From NCBI RefSeq assembly GCF_009914755.1, contig NC_060926.1: 64,000 bases of DNA; one strand, written 5' to 3'. The DNA comes from the human T2T-CHM13v2.0 reference genome, Homo sapiens. The position numbers were made by a program, and so were the translations under genes. The notes under the pieces are model-generated. The model was not told the origin of the DNA. It did no database searches and was given only the letters and a program-made list of their open reading frames with translations. Shown here piece after piece: positions 27,024-42,016 of the stretch (within the stretch, counting starts at the first letter, position 1; every line of letters begins with the position of its first letter).

Positions 27024-27830
27024 CCAACGTTAGCAGGGACATGGCCCAAGGTCAGCAGGGAGACAGCCCTGGGTCAGCTGGGGGATAGCCCAAGGTCAGC
27101 AGGGAGATGGTCCAAGGTCAGCAGGGAGACGGCCCAAGGTCAGCTGGCGGACAGCCCAAGGTCAGCAGGGAGATGGTCCAAGGTCAGCTGGGGAACAGCC
27201 CAAGGTCAGCAGGGAGACGGCCCAAGGTCAGCTGGCGGACAGCCCAAGGTCAGCAGGGAGATGGTCCAAGGTCAGCTGGGGAACAGCCCAAGGTCAGCAG
27301 GGAGATGGTCCATGGTCAGCTGGGGGACAGCCCAAGGTCAGCAGGGAGATGGTCCAAGGTCAGCTGGCGGACAGCCCAAGGTCAGCAGGGAGATGGTCCA
27401 AGGTCAGCTGGGGGACAGCCCAAGGTCAGCAGGGAGATGGTCCAAGGTCAGCTGGGGGACAGCCCAAGGTCAGCAGGGAGATGGTCCATGGTCAGCTGGG
27501 GGACAGCCCAAGGTCAGCAGGGAGATGGTCCAAGGTCAGCAGGGAGACGGCCCAAGGTCAGCTGGCGGACAGCCCAAGGTCAGCAGGGAGATGGTCCAAG
27601 GTCAGCTGGGGAACAGCCCAAGGTCAGCAGGGAGACGGCCCAAGGTCAGCTGGCGGACAGCCCAAGGTCAGCAGGGAGATGGTCCAAGGTCAGCTGGGGA
27701 ACAGCCCAAGGTCAGCAGGGAGATGGTCCATGGTCAGCTGGGGGACAGCCCAAGGTCAGCAGGGAGATGGTCCAAGGTCAGCAGGGTGACAGCGCGAGGT
27801 CAGCTGGGACACAGCCGGTGGTCAGCAAGG
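27024..27830. repeat. 22-bp minisatellite, 37 units, CCAAGGTCAGC(A/T)GG... with alternating variants
   Basis: Units start every 22 bp from 27024 to 27816 without indels; 30 contain perfect CCAAGGTCA. Confidence 0.97.
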
Positions 27831-28948
27831 AGCAACAGTGATGTGGGAGAGGTCCAGGAGCAGAGAGTGAGGGGCCTGTGCCTTTAGCCAGTACAGCAGG
27901 AATCCGTGGTGGGTCCTGGTGGTTGTTGGGGGGACTCCGTGAGGGAGGCGGTGTTGGAGATGGACTGAAGTGAGGCGGGGCATGGCCCATGGAGGGATAA
28001 GGGAGGCAGAAGGGGCCGTGTAGGGAGCACCTAGGCTGTGGGGTATGCAGAAGGGGCGCTTGGTGAAAAGGCTGCTGGGAGGGTTGGCAGCTGTTGGGGG
28101 AGGTTCTTGCTGCAGAGCTGGGGTTTGGTTTGGAAGGCAACAGGGAGCCACTGAGGGCTCTAGAGCTGCAGCGGCGTGACTGCACTGTGCATTAGGAAAG
28201 TCAGTCTGGAACCTGAGGACTGCACACACAGCTCTTCTCTCTCAGCACTGCACGCCGTGCACGAGCCGGGCGGTGTCCCCGTGTGCACAGGCCCGCTTCT
28301 CGGGGCTGCTGCTGATCCAGTTTAAACAGGTCTACTGAAATAGGTCACTCTCGAAAGCAAGCGGACTTAATTGTTACAAGGCAAAAATGGAAACGAGGTG
28401 AATCTCTGAAGAATCAATCATTTATTAATAATTCCTCCGTTTTCAGATTGAAAAATACTTAGATTACCTTTTGCCTCAGTTTAGGAAGGGGAACGTTGCA
28501 TTTCCGGCACAGGGTGGCGAGAGGCTGACGGTCCACACGGGAAGTCTGTGCCCACCCCCACCCCACCCCTACCGCACCTCCGTGATCTTGCTTGTGACCC
28601 GTCCCCTTCCCAAGGTCAGGACGGAGGTGGGGCTGGGCTCCAGCCTGCATGGGGGCCTGGAGGGCCGGGCCGTGCGTTGTCTTGTGGAAGCAGCTGTGCG
28701 GCGCTGTGGAAAACGTGACAGTTTCTCCAAGAGTTTCACATGCAATCACCATGAGGCCCAGCAAGCCCACGCCTAGGCAGACACCGAGGAAGCGAAAACA
28801 GACTCTGCTCATGACTGTTCGTAACAGCACTGAGCGCAACAGCCAGAATTCAGGAACAACCCAAATATCCATCGACAGAAATGAGTAAACACATTGTGGC
28901 TCAGCCACGCGATGGGACGTGATTCCGCCACGGAAAGAATGCAGTGCT

Positions 28949-29843
<895 letters not shown>

Positions 29844-29945
29844 TTACAAAGCATTGTGACTCTCCTAAATGTCACTGAATTGTATATTTAAAATGGTCAT
29901 TTTTCTGTTGTATGAGTTTTACCTCAATCAAAAAAACCAGAGCCT

Positions 29946-30546
<601 letters not shown>

Positions 30547-31531
30547 TCAGCATGGGGCCTGACTCAGGGTGCATGAGGAGGTTGGGGATCTTGCAAGGTG
30601 GGGAATCTATGTCTTGGAGGTCTCCATATTGCAGGCGCCCTGCTCCCTACACAAGGACAGTGCAGAGCTGTCTAGGGACACAACCGTTGTCCTCTCTGCT
30701 AGTGGCCCAGGGTTGCCTCGTGGAGGAAGAAGACCAGGCCCAGAGGGAGCTTCGGAGCTGGGCGCACACCACCCACGTCCCCTGGGGCCCTTGAGGGACT
30801 GTGCTCCACACCCCTCTTCTTGAAACTTAAAAATAATTCTGAAGTAGGTATTACATGCCAGGCGATATATTTAACATGTAGGTAATGACACCTAATAGGA
30901 GGAAGAAACTCTAGGAGCCTGGAACCAACCTAAGAACTAGCAGGGCATTCTGCAGTCGTTCCAGGCACCGTGGCAACGTGTTAGACACACAGGTTCTTGG
31001 CCCTCCAACCCCCAGGCCCGTGAAGCAGAGGCTCTGGGGACACCCGTGACCTCCTGTCCATCCGATGTGCACCCAGGCACCAGGCCCTTTGAGGGAGGGC
31101 AGCCCCTCCATCTCCCCCCGGGTCTCGGCATGGGAGCTCCTGTGGGGAGGGCTCCCGGCTCGGCCCCAAGCTCTCCTGTTCAGTGCTACAGGGCTTCCTG
31201 AGGGTTGGGGCCATCACCTCCCATGGTGCCCAGGACCATGCTCTCCTTAGACCTGGGTGGTGGAGAAGGGAGCGCCGGCAGCCTCCAGCCTTAGGCAGCC
31301 TCCTCTAGTTGCCCCCACATGCCGCATGGTACAAGCACCTCCTAGAAAGGTTTGCAGCCCTGAGCCAGCTACTCCTCACATAGCCACCATCATGGTGGTC
31401 AGGAGGAGTGAGACTGAGCCTGGCCCTTGGGCCCCAGCCCCATGCTATGAATCCCCCCATCTCAGAATGGCCCCTCAAACGATGCAGGTGCATGCACGCC
31501 AAGCCTCCACTCCCATTCTTCCTGCCTCTAG

Positions 31532-32570
<1,039 letters not shown>

Positions 32571-33119
32571 ATTTTTTTGTAGATCCCAAATCCAATCACA
32601 TGACTCCCCAGTTCAAATGCCAAGGCCTCTGGTTGGGTCCCAGCTGGATTTTCACCCTCTCATTCCTGCTCATGCCACTCTGGGCATCTTGTCGCCCTCA
32701 TTCCTGTCTCAGCCCTGAGGATCCACAGCTGGCTCTGCCTGCAGGGCTCTGAGCTCCTGCTCCTCCTGCTCTGTCCAGAGCCACGCCCCGCTGCTCTTCT
32801 CCTTCCCTGCTGCTCCGCGCTCTTCCCTCACAGCACGATGGTTCCCTGGCACCGTGTGTCCACCAGTTCCCATTTCTCTCCTGTCCTAGGGCAGATTTGC
32901 CCAGAGGGACATGACCTGTTCATGGTTGCCTTTGCTTTGCAGGCCTGGAAGTGGGCACAGACATTTGTCAAAGAAAAGAAAGAATGGGCAAAGATAGCTG
33001 AAGAAATTACGTGCTATGAAGACAAGCGTAATATGAGTAAAATTTCTTTCTAAACAGAGTGGTCATTTTGATCTGTGATTACATTTTTAGAAATTGCTGT
33101 TTGAAAGACAGTTCTGTAA

Positions 33120-33337
33120 TTGGAATCGTGACTTAGGGACTCTGAGGACCCCTCAGGAGATCTGTGTTAGACAAACAGGGTTTCTGTGGGCGGGAAGGAC
33201 GCCCCCCCAATCCTGAGGCTGCAGCTCTTGGAATAGTGACTTAGAGACTCTGAGGGCCCCTCAGGAGATCTGTGTTAGACAACCAGGGTTCCCATGGGTG
33301 GGAAGAATTTCACCGGGAATCCCGATGCTGCAGGTCT
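33120..33337. repeat. ~108-bp tandem duplication (2 copies)
   Basis: TGGAAT(C/A)GTGACTTAG(G/A)GACTCTGAGG(A/G)CCCCTCAGGAGATCTGTGTTAGACAA at 33121 and 33229. Confidence 0.9.
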
Positions 33338-34818
33338 GTCGAGGCCGGAGCCTGGGTGTGCTCAGGATGGGGCCCTCCTGCAGGGAACCATCTTCAGCAC
33401 CATCCTGGGGGATGTCGTGATGTTTTGCATATCGATTTTTGGTAAGAATTTTTTCTGTGACTTCTCAATTTAGGGGAATCTCTTCTGAACATGAAGTTGA
33501 GGCTGGTGGGTGGTGAACTGCTTCCAATCAATTATAAATCTATTTTGAATCCATCAGATCACTACACTCCTGGGAACATGCCTTCTCCTGACCTGCCTGA
33601 TTAATCTTGTGTTTTCAACGGATTTGTCTCAGTAAAATGCACATTACAGTGATTATCTGAACTTTGTCCTATTGATATAAATACTTAGTGTTTGTGCCAA
33701 GTCGTAACCATGGTGAGTATATGCAACATTAAGTAAACTTGTTTCCCTGACAATCTCTGTGTCAGTAGGCATATTGTTCATAGTGCATTAAAAAATAGCG
33801 TATGGATACTACTCAGACCCCACCACTCACGGTATGAGTCATTTTCTTAGCAACCGGAATGCAGCTGTGCCTTGCCTTCAGGTACACCGTGGAAGGAGGA
33901 AGGGAAGGAGCGCTGGCCAGGCAGATGGAGAGACGCACAGTTACCACCTCCGCCCAGGCTACTTCCGGGCGTGCCACAGGGGCCCGGCCCTGCCTTCAGC
34001 ATCTCCAGAGGTGGAGCTGACGGTGGGGTCCTCGTTGGACATCAGATTCCACACTGAGATGAGCCTGGGAAGCAGCCAGGGCCAGAGAAGACAGCACGAA
34101 GCACGCAGGCGTCAAGGCGACCTCCGGCATTCCCTGGGACCTATCGTGCGTCCGCCCGCAGACATTCCTCAACAGAGATCTGTGATTTAAAACACTACCT
34201 CGGTGGTTCGTGAGTGTCAGGATTCATGCTAAGCAGGCGCCCTCCTCGGGACACATGGATGGTGCGTTCTCTTGTACAGTAGGAGAGGCCCCTGGGCTCT
34301 GATCAATGTCAGAGGCGGGGTCTCCCCGTGGGGCTGTGGGGGCGGCCAAAGGCCAAGGCCCACTTCAGGTCCCTCCTCTCAGCAGCAGCCACTGTGTCCA
34401 GAGAAACTCACAGCTCGGGACTGAGCCTCGGGATGGTGGCCTGTGCTTGAGAGCCCCCTCCGGGTAGAGTCGTGGCTGCTCCATCCGAGGACCTCTGCGG
34501 TGGTGGGATGGACAAAAATGCCGGGAATTTAACCTGCAGTTCTGCTAGAAGATTTGATAGATGGGCTGCGGCCCCTTTAGCAGGCGTGGCAGCACTAGCA
34601 TTTCCTGCCCATTCAATGAATAGTCCCCGTGCTGAGCATTTTACTTGTAAATAACCAAAGAATCACAAGAAGCATCAAGAAGGACAGCCCATAGAAGTAT
34701 TAACCAGCAAGAAAAAGTTTTGGATCAAAAAAAGTTTTTTCTAAAATGGGGGAAAAAAAGCAATAAATTGGAACCCGCCACCCGCAACCCTCATCTCAAA
34801 TGCTTCTCCAACAAGAAT

Positions 34819-34926
34819 GGGTACTAGGCTTAATACCTTCGTGACAAAGTAATCTTTACAACAAACCCCTGCGACTCGAGTTTACCCCATAACAAACCTG
34901 CACGTGTGCCCCTGAACTTAAATAAA
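34819..34926 (+). mobile_element. Short L1PA/L1PB 3'-terminal fragment
   Basis: GGGTACTAGGCTTAATACC...ACAAACCTGCACGTGTGCCCCTGAACTTAAATAAA. Confidence 0.85.
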
Positions 34927-36222
34927 GGGCGCCTCCGGGGGTCATCTCCGTCATCATTAGACGGCACACCTGCCGGAATCGACCGTGCCCAAATCCCAGT
35001 GAATGAAACACATGATAAACTCAGACAATGAATACAGAACAAAAGGAGGAAAAATAAATGTAAATGGAGGAGCGAGATTCAGAAGCGGAACGGAGCCTGG
35101 AGAGTAAGAGAGCTAAGCTGCAAGCCACCGCAGCTCCTGCAGAAGAAGCGAGGCAGACGGCCCGGAAACCACGGTGCTGTCGTCGAGGGCGATTCTGGAA
35201 CTGGAAAAATAACTAAGATTGGAAAAGGAGGGCTTGTGGAATCCTGAGTCAGCAGCAACTGAGGTGACAGGAGGCGTCCTTGGAAGGTGTTTCGCCACAG
35301 GGAGGATCTGTAGGAGCTGAGGGCAATGCACTGGTCCCTGAGCAGTCCCCAGCCAGCCACCAACCAACCCATGGTGCTTCCTAGACATTCCTGGAATGAA
35401 AGACCAAACACATCAGAAAGGTCTGGGGCTATCTGGTGAGACAAATAAAAGGAGAAGGTGGCAGAATGACATCTATGGGGAAAGTGGCTCCATGTCCACT
35501 GATGATGCCATCTAGACGCAGAGGCCATGGGAAGCGTTTCTCGCATGAATGCCCACCAGATACCCACATTCCTGAGCCGGGCACCACTGCCGATGAGGTA
35601 ATGGGCACTGGCAAGCAAATCAACCCCCAAACTTAACCGAGCAGAGGCTGGTGAGGAGAGACAGCTTGGAGAGCCGCTGGTGTCGCGAAGGTCAGGTCAC
35701 GCACGCTGGGGTGGTGAGGACAGCTTCGAAGCTTTAGACTTGCTTTTCACAAAAGGCTGGAGGAAAGACTTTTTTAAATGAGAAAGATACACGTATAAAG
35801 AGAATTAAGAAATTTTGCAGAATCCTTTGGTGTTTCCATCAGTGGAGTTACAAGCAGGATTTACTTTGTAGATTTGTGCAACAGTTACAAGGGCACGGGG
35901 ACACTGGGGGAATGACTGAGAAGGCAGGACAGGACCAGGCCTAGCCATCGGTGAACAAGGCGACGCTGAGCCCTGCGTTAGGGGGAGGCAGCCCCAGAAA
36001 GGAGACATGGCGAGGAGGGGAGGGAGGGCTTGGTGGCCGAGGCTGCAGCTTGCTGACTGGCCCTGGCGCCTGGCCTGGCCCGAAGGCCCCATCTTCTCAG
36101 CCTTCTCAGCCACTGCTGGGAAAGGGCAGGGCAGGATGGGCCTGAGTAGGTGGAGGATGGAGCTGGGACAGGGCCTTATGGGATTCATCATGCTCTGTCT
36201 GTCACTACCTGAAATTCTCCAT

Positions 36223-36583
36223 TGTATTAACCTGTTCTCATGCTGCTGATAAAGACATATCCAAGACTGGGTAATTTATAAAGAAAAATAGGTTTAATGG
36301 ACTCACAGTTCCATGTGGCTGGGGAGACCTCACAATCATGGCGGAAGGGAAAGGCATGTCTTCCATGATGGCAGACACGAGAGAATGAGAACCAAGGGAA
36401 AGGGTAAACCCCACATAAAACCTTCAGATCTCATGAGACTTATTCACTACCATGAGAATGATATGGGGGAAACTGTCCCCATGATTCATTTATCTTCCAC
36501 TGGGTCCCTCCCACAACATGTGGGAATTATGGGAGCTACTATTCAAGATGAGATTTGGTTGGGGACACAGCCAAACCATATCA
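36223..36583 (-). mobile_element. THE1 (THE1B-like) solo LTR
   Basis: TGTATTAACCTGTTCTCATGCTGCTGATAAAGACAT...GGGGACACAGCCAAACCATATCA; flanks TCCAT/TCTGT. Confidence 0.93.
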
Positions 36584-39500
36584 TCTGTCATATGAAGCAA
36601 GCTCTGTGCACAAAGCAGCCAGAAGGGTCCTGGAAGACACCAGAGAGAAGCTGGCTGAAGAGGATCCAGCTGGGCTGTGGTGTCAGCCAGGGACATGGGA
36701 TCCTGGCAGGGGTGGTCCCTGTGGCTGGCTCCAGGACGGCATCAGGACCAGCACCACTGGGGCGAGGATTTGAGCAGCCTGTGGCATGGTCCCTGGGACT
36801 AGGCCCTGAAGACCAAGCCAAGGAGTGCCTCCTCCACATCTGTTTTATTCCTTTAATAAAGGGAAAGTCGCTGCTTGCCTGTTTCCAAATGAGAGAATGC
36901 TGGAGATTTATTTTCTACAGAAAGGTGTAAAGTGAATAGGAAGTATTATTTCAGAGAACTCGTACAAGGTAATTATTTATGAATGTATTACCCACCATCT
37001 GGTTTACCACGCTGGTTCATGGGGTAATGATTTTTATAATTACCTGTGTTTAGAAATACCTTCACGCAAAGAAGTAAACATGCCTCCTACTGAGAATAGC
37101 AACAGTCTTGCCTCTTCCATAATCAGTGAGCTTTTCTTCGGCCAGAGCCTAAGATTATTTTTGTTTTCTCAGGAGCAATGTGGGACAGAGAAGGCTCAGG
37201 GCTGGGGTTCAGCAGCCAGGGGGATTCAAGGCCAGTTTCTACGCTGGGCTCCTGAAGTGTCCTCAGCACCATACTTTCCGGGTACTGACCAGGGCCACCA
37301 TGGGGGAGATCAGAGCAGACCCCACCAGCGTGCACAGAATTCCCTCCACTCTGCACCTGTGGGTCCAGTGGCCCCATGGCCCCTTGAGCCGGTTCTCGCC
37401 ATGGCTGCCAGGGAGCTCCAGGCTCGAAGGCAGGCTGCCTGGTCCCCCACCACCCTCTCCCTACCTGCTCGGACCTCCTCCTGGTGTCTAGGGTGGTCTG
37501 GTCTGGAACCTTAGTTGACTGTCATCTATAGTGAAAGTCCCTAAGTGAGTGGGACTGAAATGTAGGCAGGAAAGGATGCAGATATGAGAGAAATGAAGCA
37601 AAAGCAGGTTGAGTTTGAAGATCTGTTCTTTATTCTGGAATGTTGTCTTTCTTACTTCTGCTGTTAAAGTGTTCTTTATAAATTGATGGGGGACTTCTGA
37701 TTTAAAAATGGTCATTTCCTGCCCTCCCTCAAAAACCTGTGTTGGTTTTCCAAATTAGCCCTGTGTGTGCGTGGGGTGTGGGAGGAAGCCCTGGGCCCAT
37801 GACGGGGCCAGGCCTGGGCCCACAGGCCCACCATGAAACCCTCAACTTCACAGCCACAGCAAGCCATACACCCAGGGCCGTGAACAGACATGGGGGTGAG
37901 GTGGGACCCCGGAGCCAATTCTAATCTTGGAGGGCGGTCCATGGTGGGTTTCATTTGAGATGCTGATGGCAACATCCAAGACAGGCCAGGACTGAGGACT
38001 TCACAGGGAACCAGAGGGCTCGGTGACTTTGAAGTCGAGCTGACCCCTAGGGCGGGAGCCAGCGAAGGGCTGAAAGGAGGGACACGGGACAGTAGAGGAG
38101 GGACAGGAGAGAAGAGCTGGGCGTGTTTACAGCCATGGCACTGGTGCCACAGCATGACACTTGTTTGGTAAAAACTGAGTGAGGCCAGGGCGGCAGGTTC
38201 CTGCAGGTGGCCACCCTGGAGGCGCTGCCAGGACATGGGCAGGCCCTGTGGCCCAGCCGTGGGGAGCCCGTGTGGCTGGGCGGGTCCCTTGGCTTCCCTG
38301 TGTCTCCATACCTTCGTCCCATTCTTTCCTCCCTGAAGTGGGGTTCGTGGCAGGGTCAGCCTCCTCGGGGAGCCCCCTGCTCATGTCTGAGTGCCTGGCT
38401 CAGGCACACACATGCATATACACACATGTGTGCGTGCCCACCCATGGGAGCAGGAGTGCACGTGTGCAAAGGGACCGCCACTTTGTCTGGAGATAATTTG
38501 CTTGACTCTAAAGAAAGATCAGGATCTTCAAAGCCGAGGCGTCAGGAGCAGGGCGAGCCTCAGGCCGTCGTGCCACTGGGCCAGGGGCCCACCCCTCTCC
38601 TCTTTCTCTTCCTGTCCCCCTCCCATGCATATTTAGCTGCTGCAAATAAATATTATAATATATGCTACAGATGCATCGTATAAATAATATAAACACATAT
38701 TTCAGGGTTAAGCCTCTGACCCTGTTTGGTATTCTGTGTCTCCTACAACAGGGGAAGTCGTCTCCCCAGAATTTCAGGAAACGCCTTCTTGTTCTTAGTT
38801 GAAATCTGTATTTTCTAAGAGCAGTTTGTGCATGACCCAGCCGTGAATATGTGCCTTTAGTGCAAGTTTCTCAGCTTGTCCTTTGGCCACGATGCCCAGC
38901 TTTGTGCTGATAAACACGCGTTTTCTCCTGACCTGGGCTCACGCTTATGACCTGGCCTTTCTGACTGGCCGGCTCCTTCAGGACTCCACGGTGAAATCAG
39001 CACAAGTCAGCTCCAGGGCACCCACTGGGCTGGACACAGCAGCATTAGGGCTGTAGGCAGGTAATGCCCAGTACAGGGCGAATGCAGGGATATGGCACCT
39101 GCCTCTGTCTTGCAGCCCTGGATGGGAAATGCCAGGGCTTAGCAAGACCAGCTGAGGCAGAGAAGCGGCTGGCTGGGATTCAAGGCTGCCTTCCTTTGTC
39201 GAGTGAGTCTGCATTGCAGGATTACACGGAGTCAAACTCACAATGGGAGCACTTATGGAGCACTTGCTGTGTGCCAAGCAGTTTGTAAAGCGTGTTAAGC
39301 ACTTCTACACCGGTGCACCTCAGGGCAGTCATGTGGAGCAGAGGCTGTTTTTACCCAGCTTTAGAGAAGAGCCGGGTTGAGTGGCCTGCACACCATCACG
39401 GGGTGGGGACTGCTTCATTTCACTGCAGACTTCTCTGCCCCAAGAGCCTGGGCTCTGGCAGCGTCAGTGCGTGTGGGTACCATATTTATAAATATATAAG

Positions 39501-41124
39501 CACTTCTCAGCTCAATCCATGCCGTAGCTTCTCAACCACAGCATGCTGAGCGAGTTTGCAGCCCCGCTCACTCTCTGGGGTCACAGAGGAGAGGCTTCGA
39601 CTCTCAGCCCAGGGTTTCATGGCTGCTGATTCTGATGAAAGCCCAGTGAACAGAGAGCAAATCCCGTGGCTCATGAAAAAAAAAGCCAGTGGTTAAGTCA
39701 ATGTACACCAAATCCACAAATCTGTGTGTGTGTAAGAGGAGGCACTTGCCTTCCGGTGCTCTTTCCCCGTTCGACTTCACTTTGAAAGTCACGGCAAAAT
39801 CATGGTGACCTCAGGGTTGGCTTGACCAGGGAGCTCGGGCCAGGAGGAGCCACCCACTCTCCCATTCATCTGCTTGTCCTCCCAATCCATTCACACCTCT
39901 GTCCACACATCCAATCACCCACTGATAAAGGATTGGTCCGAAAAACCCTCTCTGAGACCTTATTGTGCGACAGGCATTGTCTGGATCTGAAGATCCGGAA
40001 TGCCCCAGCCTCAGCCCCTCCCCATGAGGGACTCACTGTTTCCTGCAGAAATTGGACAAACACACAAATAACCCCAATATAATGAGATAAGAACACAGAT
40101 GGCTTAGAGTTAGGTTTAGGGTTAGGCATAATTAAGGAAGCAGATGGGGAAATTCAAGTTAAAATTCAGTAAAATTTTAATTAAAAGATTATGTATTTTT
40201 ACCCTAAGATCTTTTAAAGATGAGCTCAAATTTCAGGTCCCTGCCTCCCCCTCCTTGTCCCCAGCAAGCACACAGCTCTGAATTCAATCTGCTCTGAGCT
40301 GTGTGCACGTCCTCCATGCTGGGATCTGTGGTCTGGCTGCCCACACCCCACTCACACCCTGGAGAGTTTGACTCTATCACTCTGTCCCTTGTCATTGGCC
40401 CCAGCTGGACAGATACCCACACACAATTTGCCCTAAGAGGATGAGAAAACCAAAGGCAGGATGTGGAGGAGAAAGGAGAGCAGCTGGAGAGACAAGCGTG
40501 ACTTGGACTTGCCCTGGTGCAGCAGAAGGGAGACGTGGCCTCTGGCTCCTGGCTGGTCCATGCCTGTCTCTAGGTGCTGGGCTGCACCCCTCCCGAATGT
40601 GCTGGGGTGTCTCTCTCTGCCATTGTTTCTGGTGATCTGCCCCAGGCCACAGCCTGGAGCTCTCTTTGCCTGGAGGGGGCTGAGCAGGGGGCTGTATACC
40701 AAGGTCCCTGAAATCCTTGGCCTTGGGGTTGTTTCTGATGCTCTGAGATACACCAAACTGATGAGAGCAGAAGATGGGAGCAGGGAGAGGCCCTGTGCTG
40801 CCCTGCCTGGGGCAGTGCTTCTCAGTGCCCAGCTTCCTGGGGGTGTTCGTCACACTGCCCTTTTCAAGTTTACTTGCTGTGGCTGCGGCTCTCTCTCCAG
40901 CAGGGGATGAATCTGTTTGCAGAATATTCGCTCCCCTCTGTGCCTGTCCTTGTATTTGGGCAAACTGTGTTCTTCAAAGCTCTTTTCCAAGTCTTGTATG
41001 ACCCTTCATCAACCAGACTCCAGTGGGCTGGCCCTACTATCCTACTTGTCCATCTGTCCTCAAAAAGTCTAGGATCCTAGAAAAACATGCAAAAGGACAC
41101 ACTGTAGTCCACTGATGCATTATT

Positions 41125-41333
41125 TGATCAATTGATCCATTGATCCATCCATTGATCCATCCATCCATCCATCCATCCACCCACCCACCCATCAATCTAT
41201 CCATCCATCCACTCATCCATCCATCCATCCACCCATCCACCCACCCATCCATCCATCTGTCCCATCCATCCGTCCATCCATCCATCCATCCACTCATCCA
41301 CTCATCCATCCCTCTATCCATTCATCCATTCAC
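41125..41333. repeat. (CCAT/TCCA)n tetranucleotide tract
   Basis: Direct inspection. Confidence 0.95.
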
Positions 41334-42016
41334 TAAAACTTCCTTCAGCAAAGAATGGATTTATTCCCTCAAAAAAGTAGTAGGACGGTCTACCACAAAA
41401 TATCTCTCCACTTCTTTAAATAAGAGGATTTTTAAAGATCAAGGACAACCATGTGAAACATTAGCTGCTTTTATTGGACATCTATCATGGGTCTCCATTA
41501 TACTGAAACTTGATCTTTTTTTTCACATATTGCCCACAATTTTCTTGCAAAATTAATGGCTTAAAATTTTTTGAGATGAGAATACTGAGTTAGATAGGTG
41601 CTGGAAGGCTTGTACAAGGGGTGGCCCAGCTAACGAGAGGTGTGGTCAAGATAGGAACTGGGTTGGCTTTCCCCGGCTCCACTGCCTTCTGGAGAAGAAA
41701 CCTCAATCAGAACCCACCTTGAAAAATGTATTTCAGGAGGATTAGCCAATGCTGTAAAGGTGGCGTTTGCTCTTACCTTTCAGTTCCTCATGCTAGTATT
41801 AGTGATAATGTAGTGATCTTGATGGTGGTGGGGGGTGTGGGCTGAGAATGCCCTTGACCTAAGGCTACTTCCTGGTGGGCACACAGGCTTCCAGGAAGCC
41901 CCTTAGGTGAGGTTTGTGAGACCCTCTCTTAGAGGAGACATGCTTCCATCGTAATGCAGGAGGAATCCTGGTTGGAAGTGAGTGATGGTTATTTTAACTG
42001 GGTGAGTCTTATTATC

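Noticed and set aside
27107-27887. Three long repetitive ORFs in all plus frames
   Set aside because: The 22-bp unit lacks plus-strand stops; no promoter or splice context supports coding.
28221-28287. Three TGCRCNC metal-response cores
   Set aside because: Short motif, common in CA/TG-rich sequence, no promoter context.
35030-35640. Possible old L1 5'UTR fragment
   Set aside because: Resemblance too weak to call without a Dfam search.
38199-38215. CTCF-like CCTGCAGGTGGC
   Set aside because: Partial match only; cannot be scored without a matrix or ChIP data.
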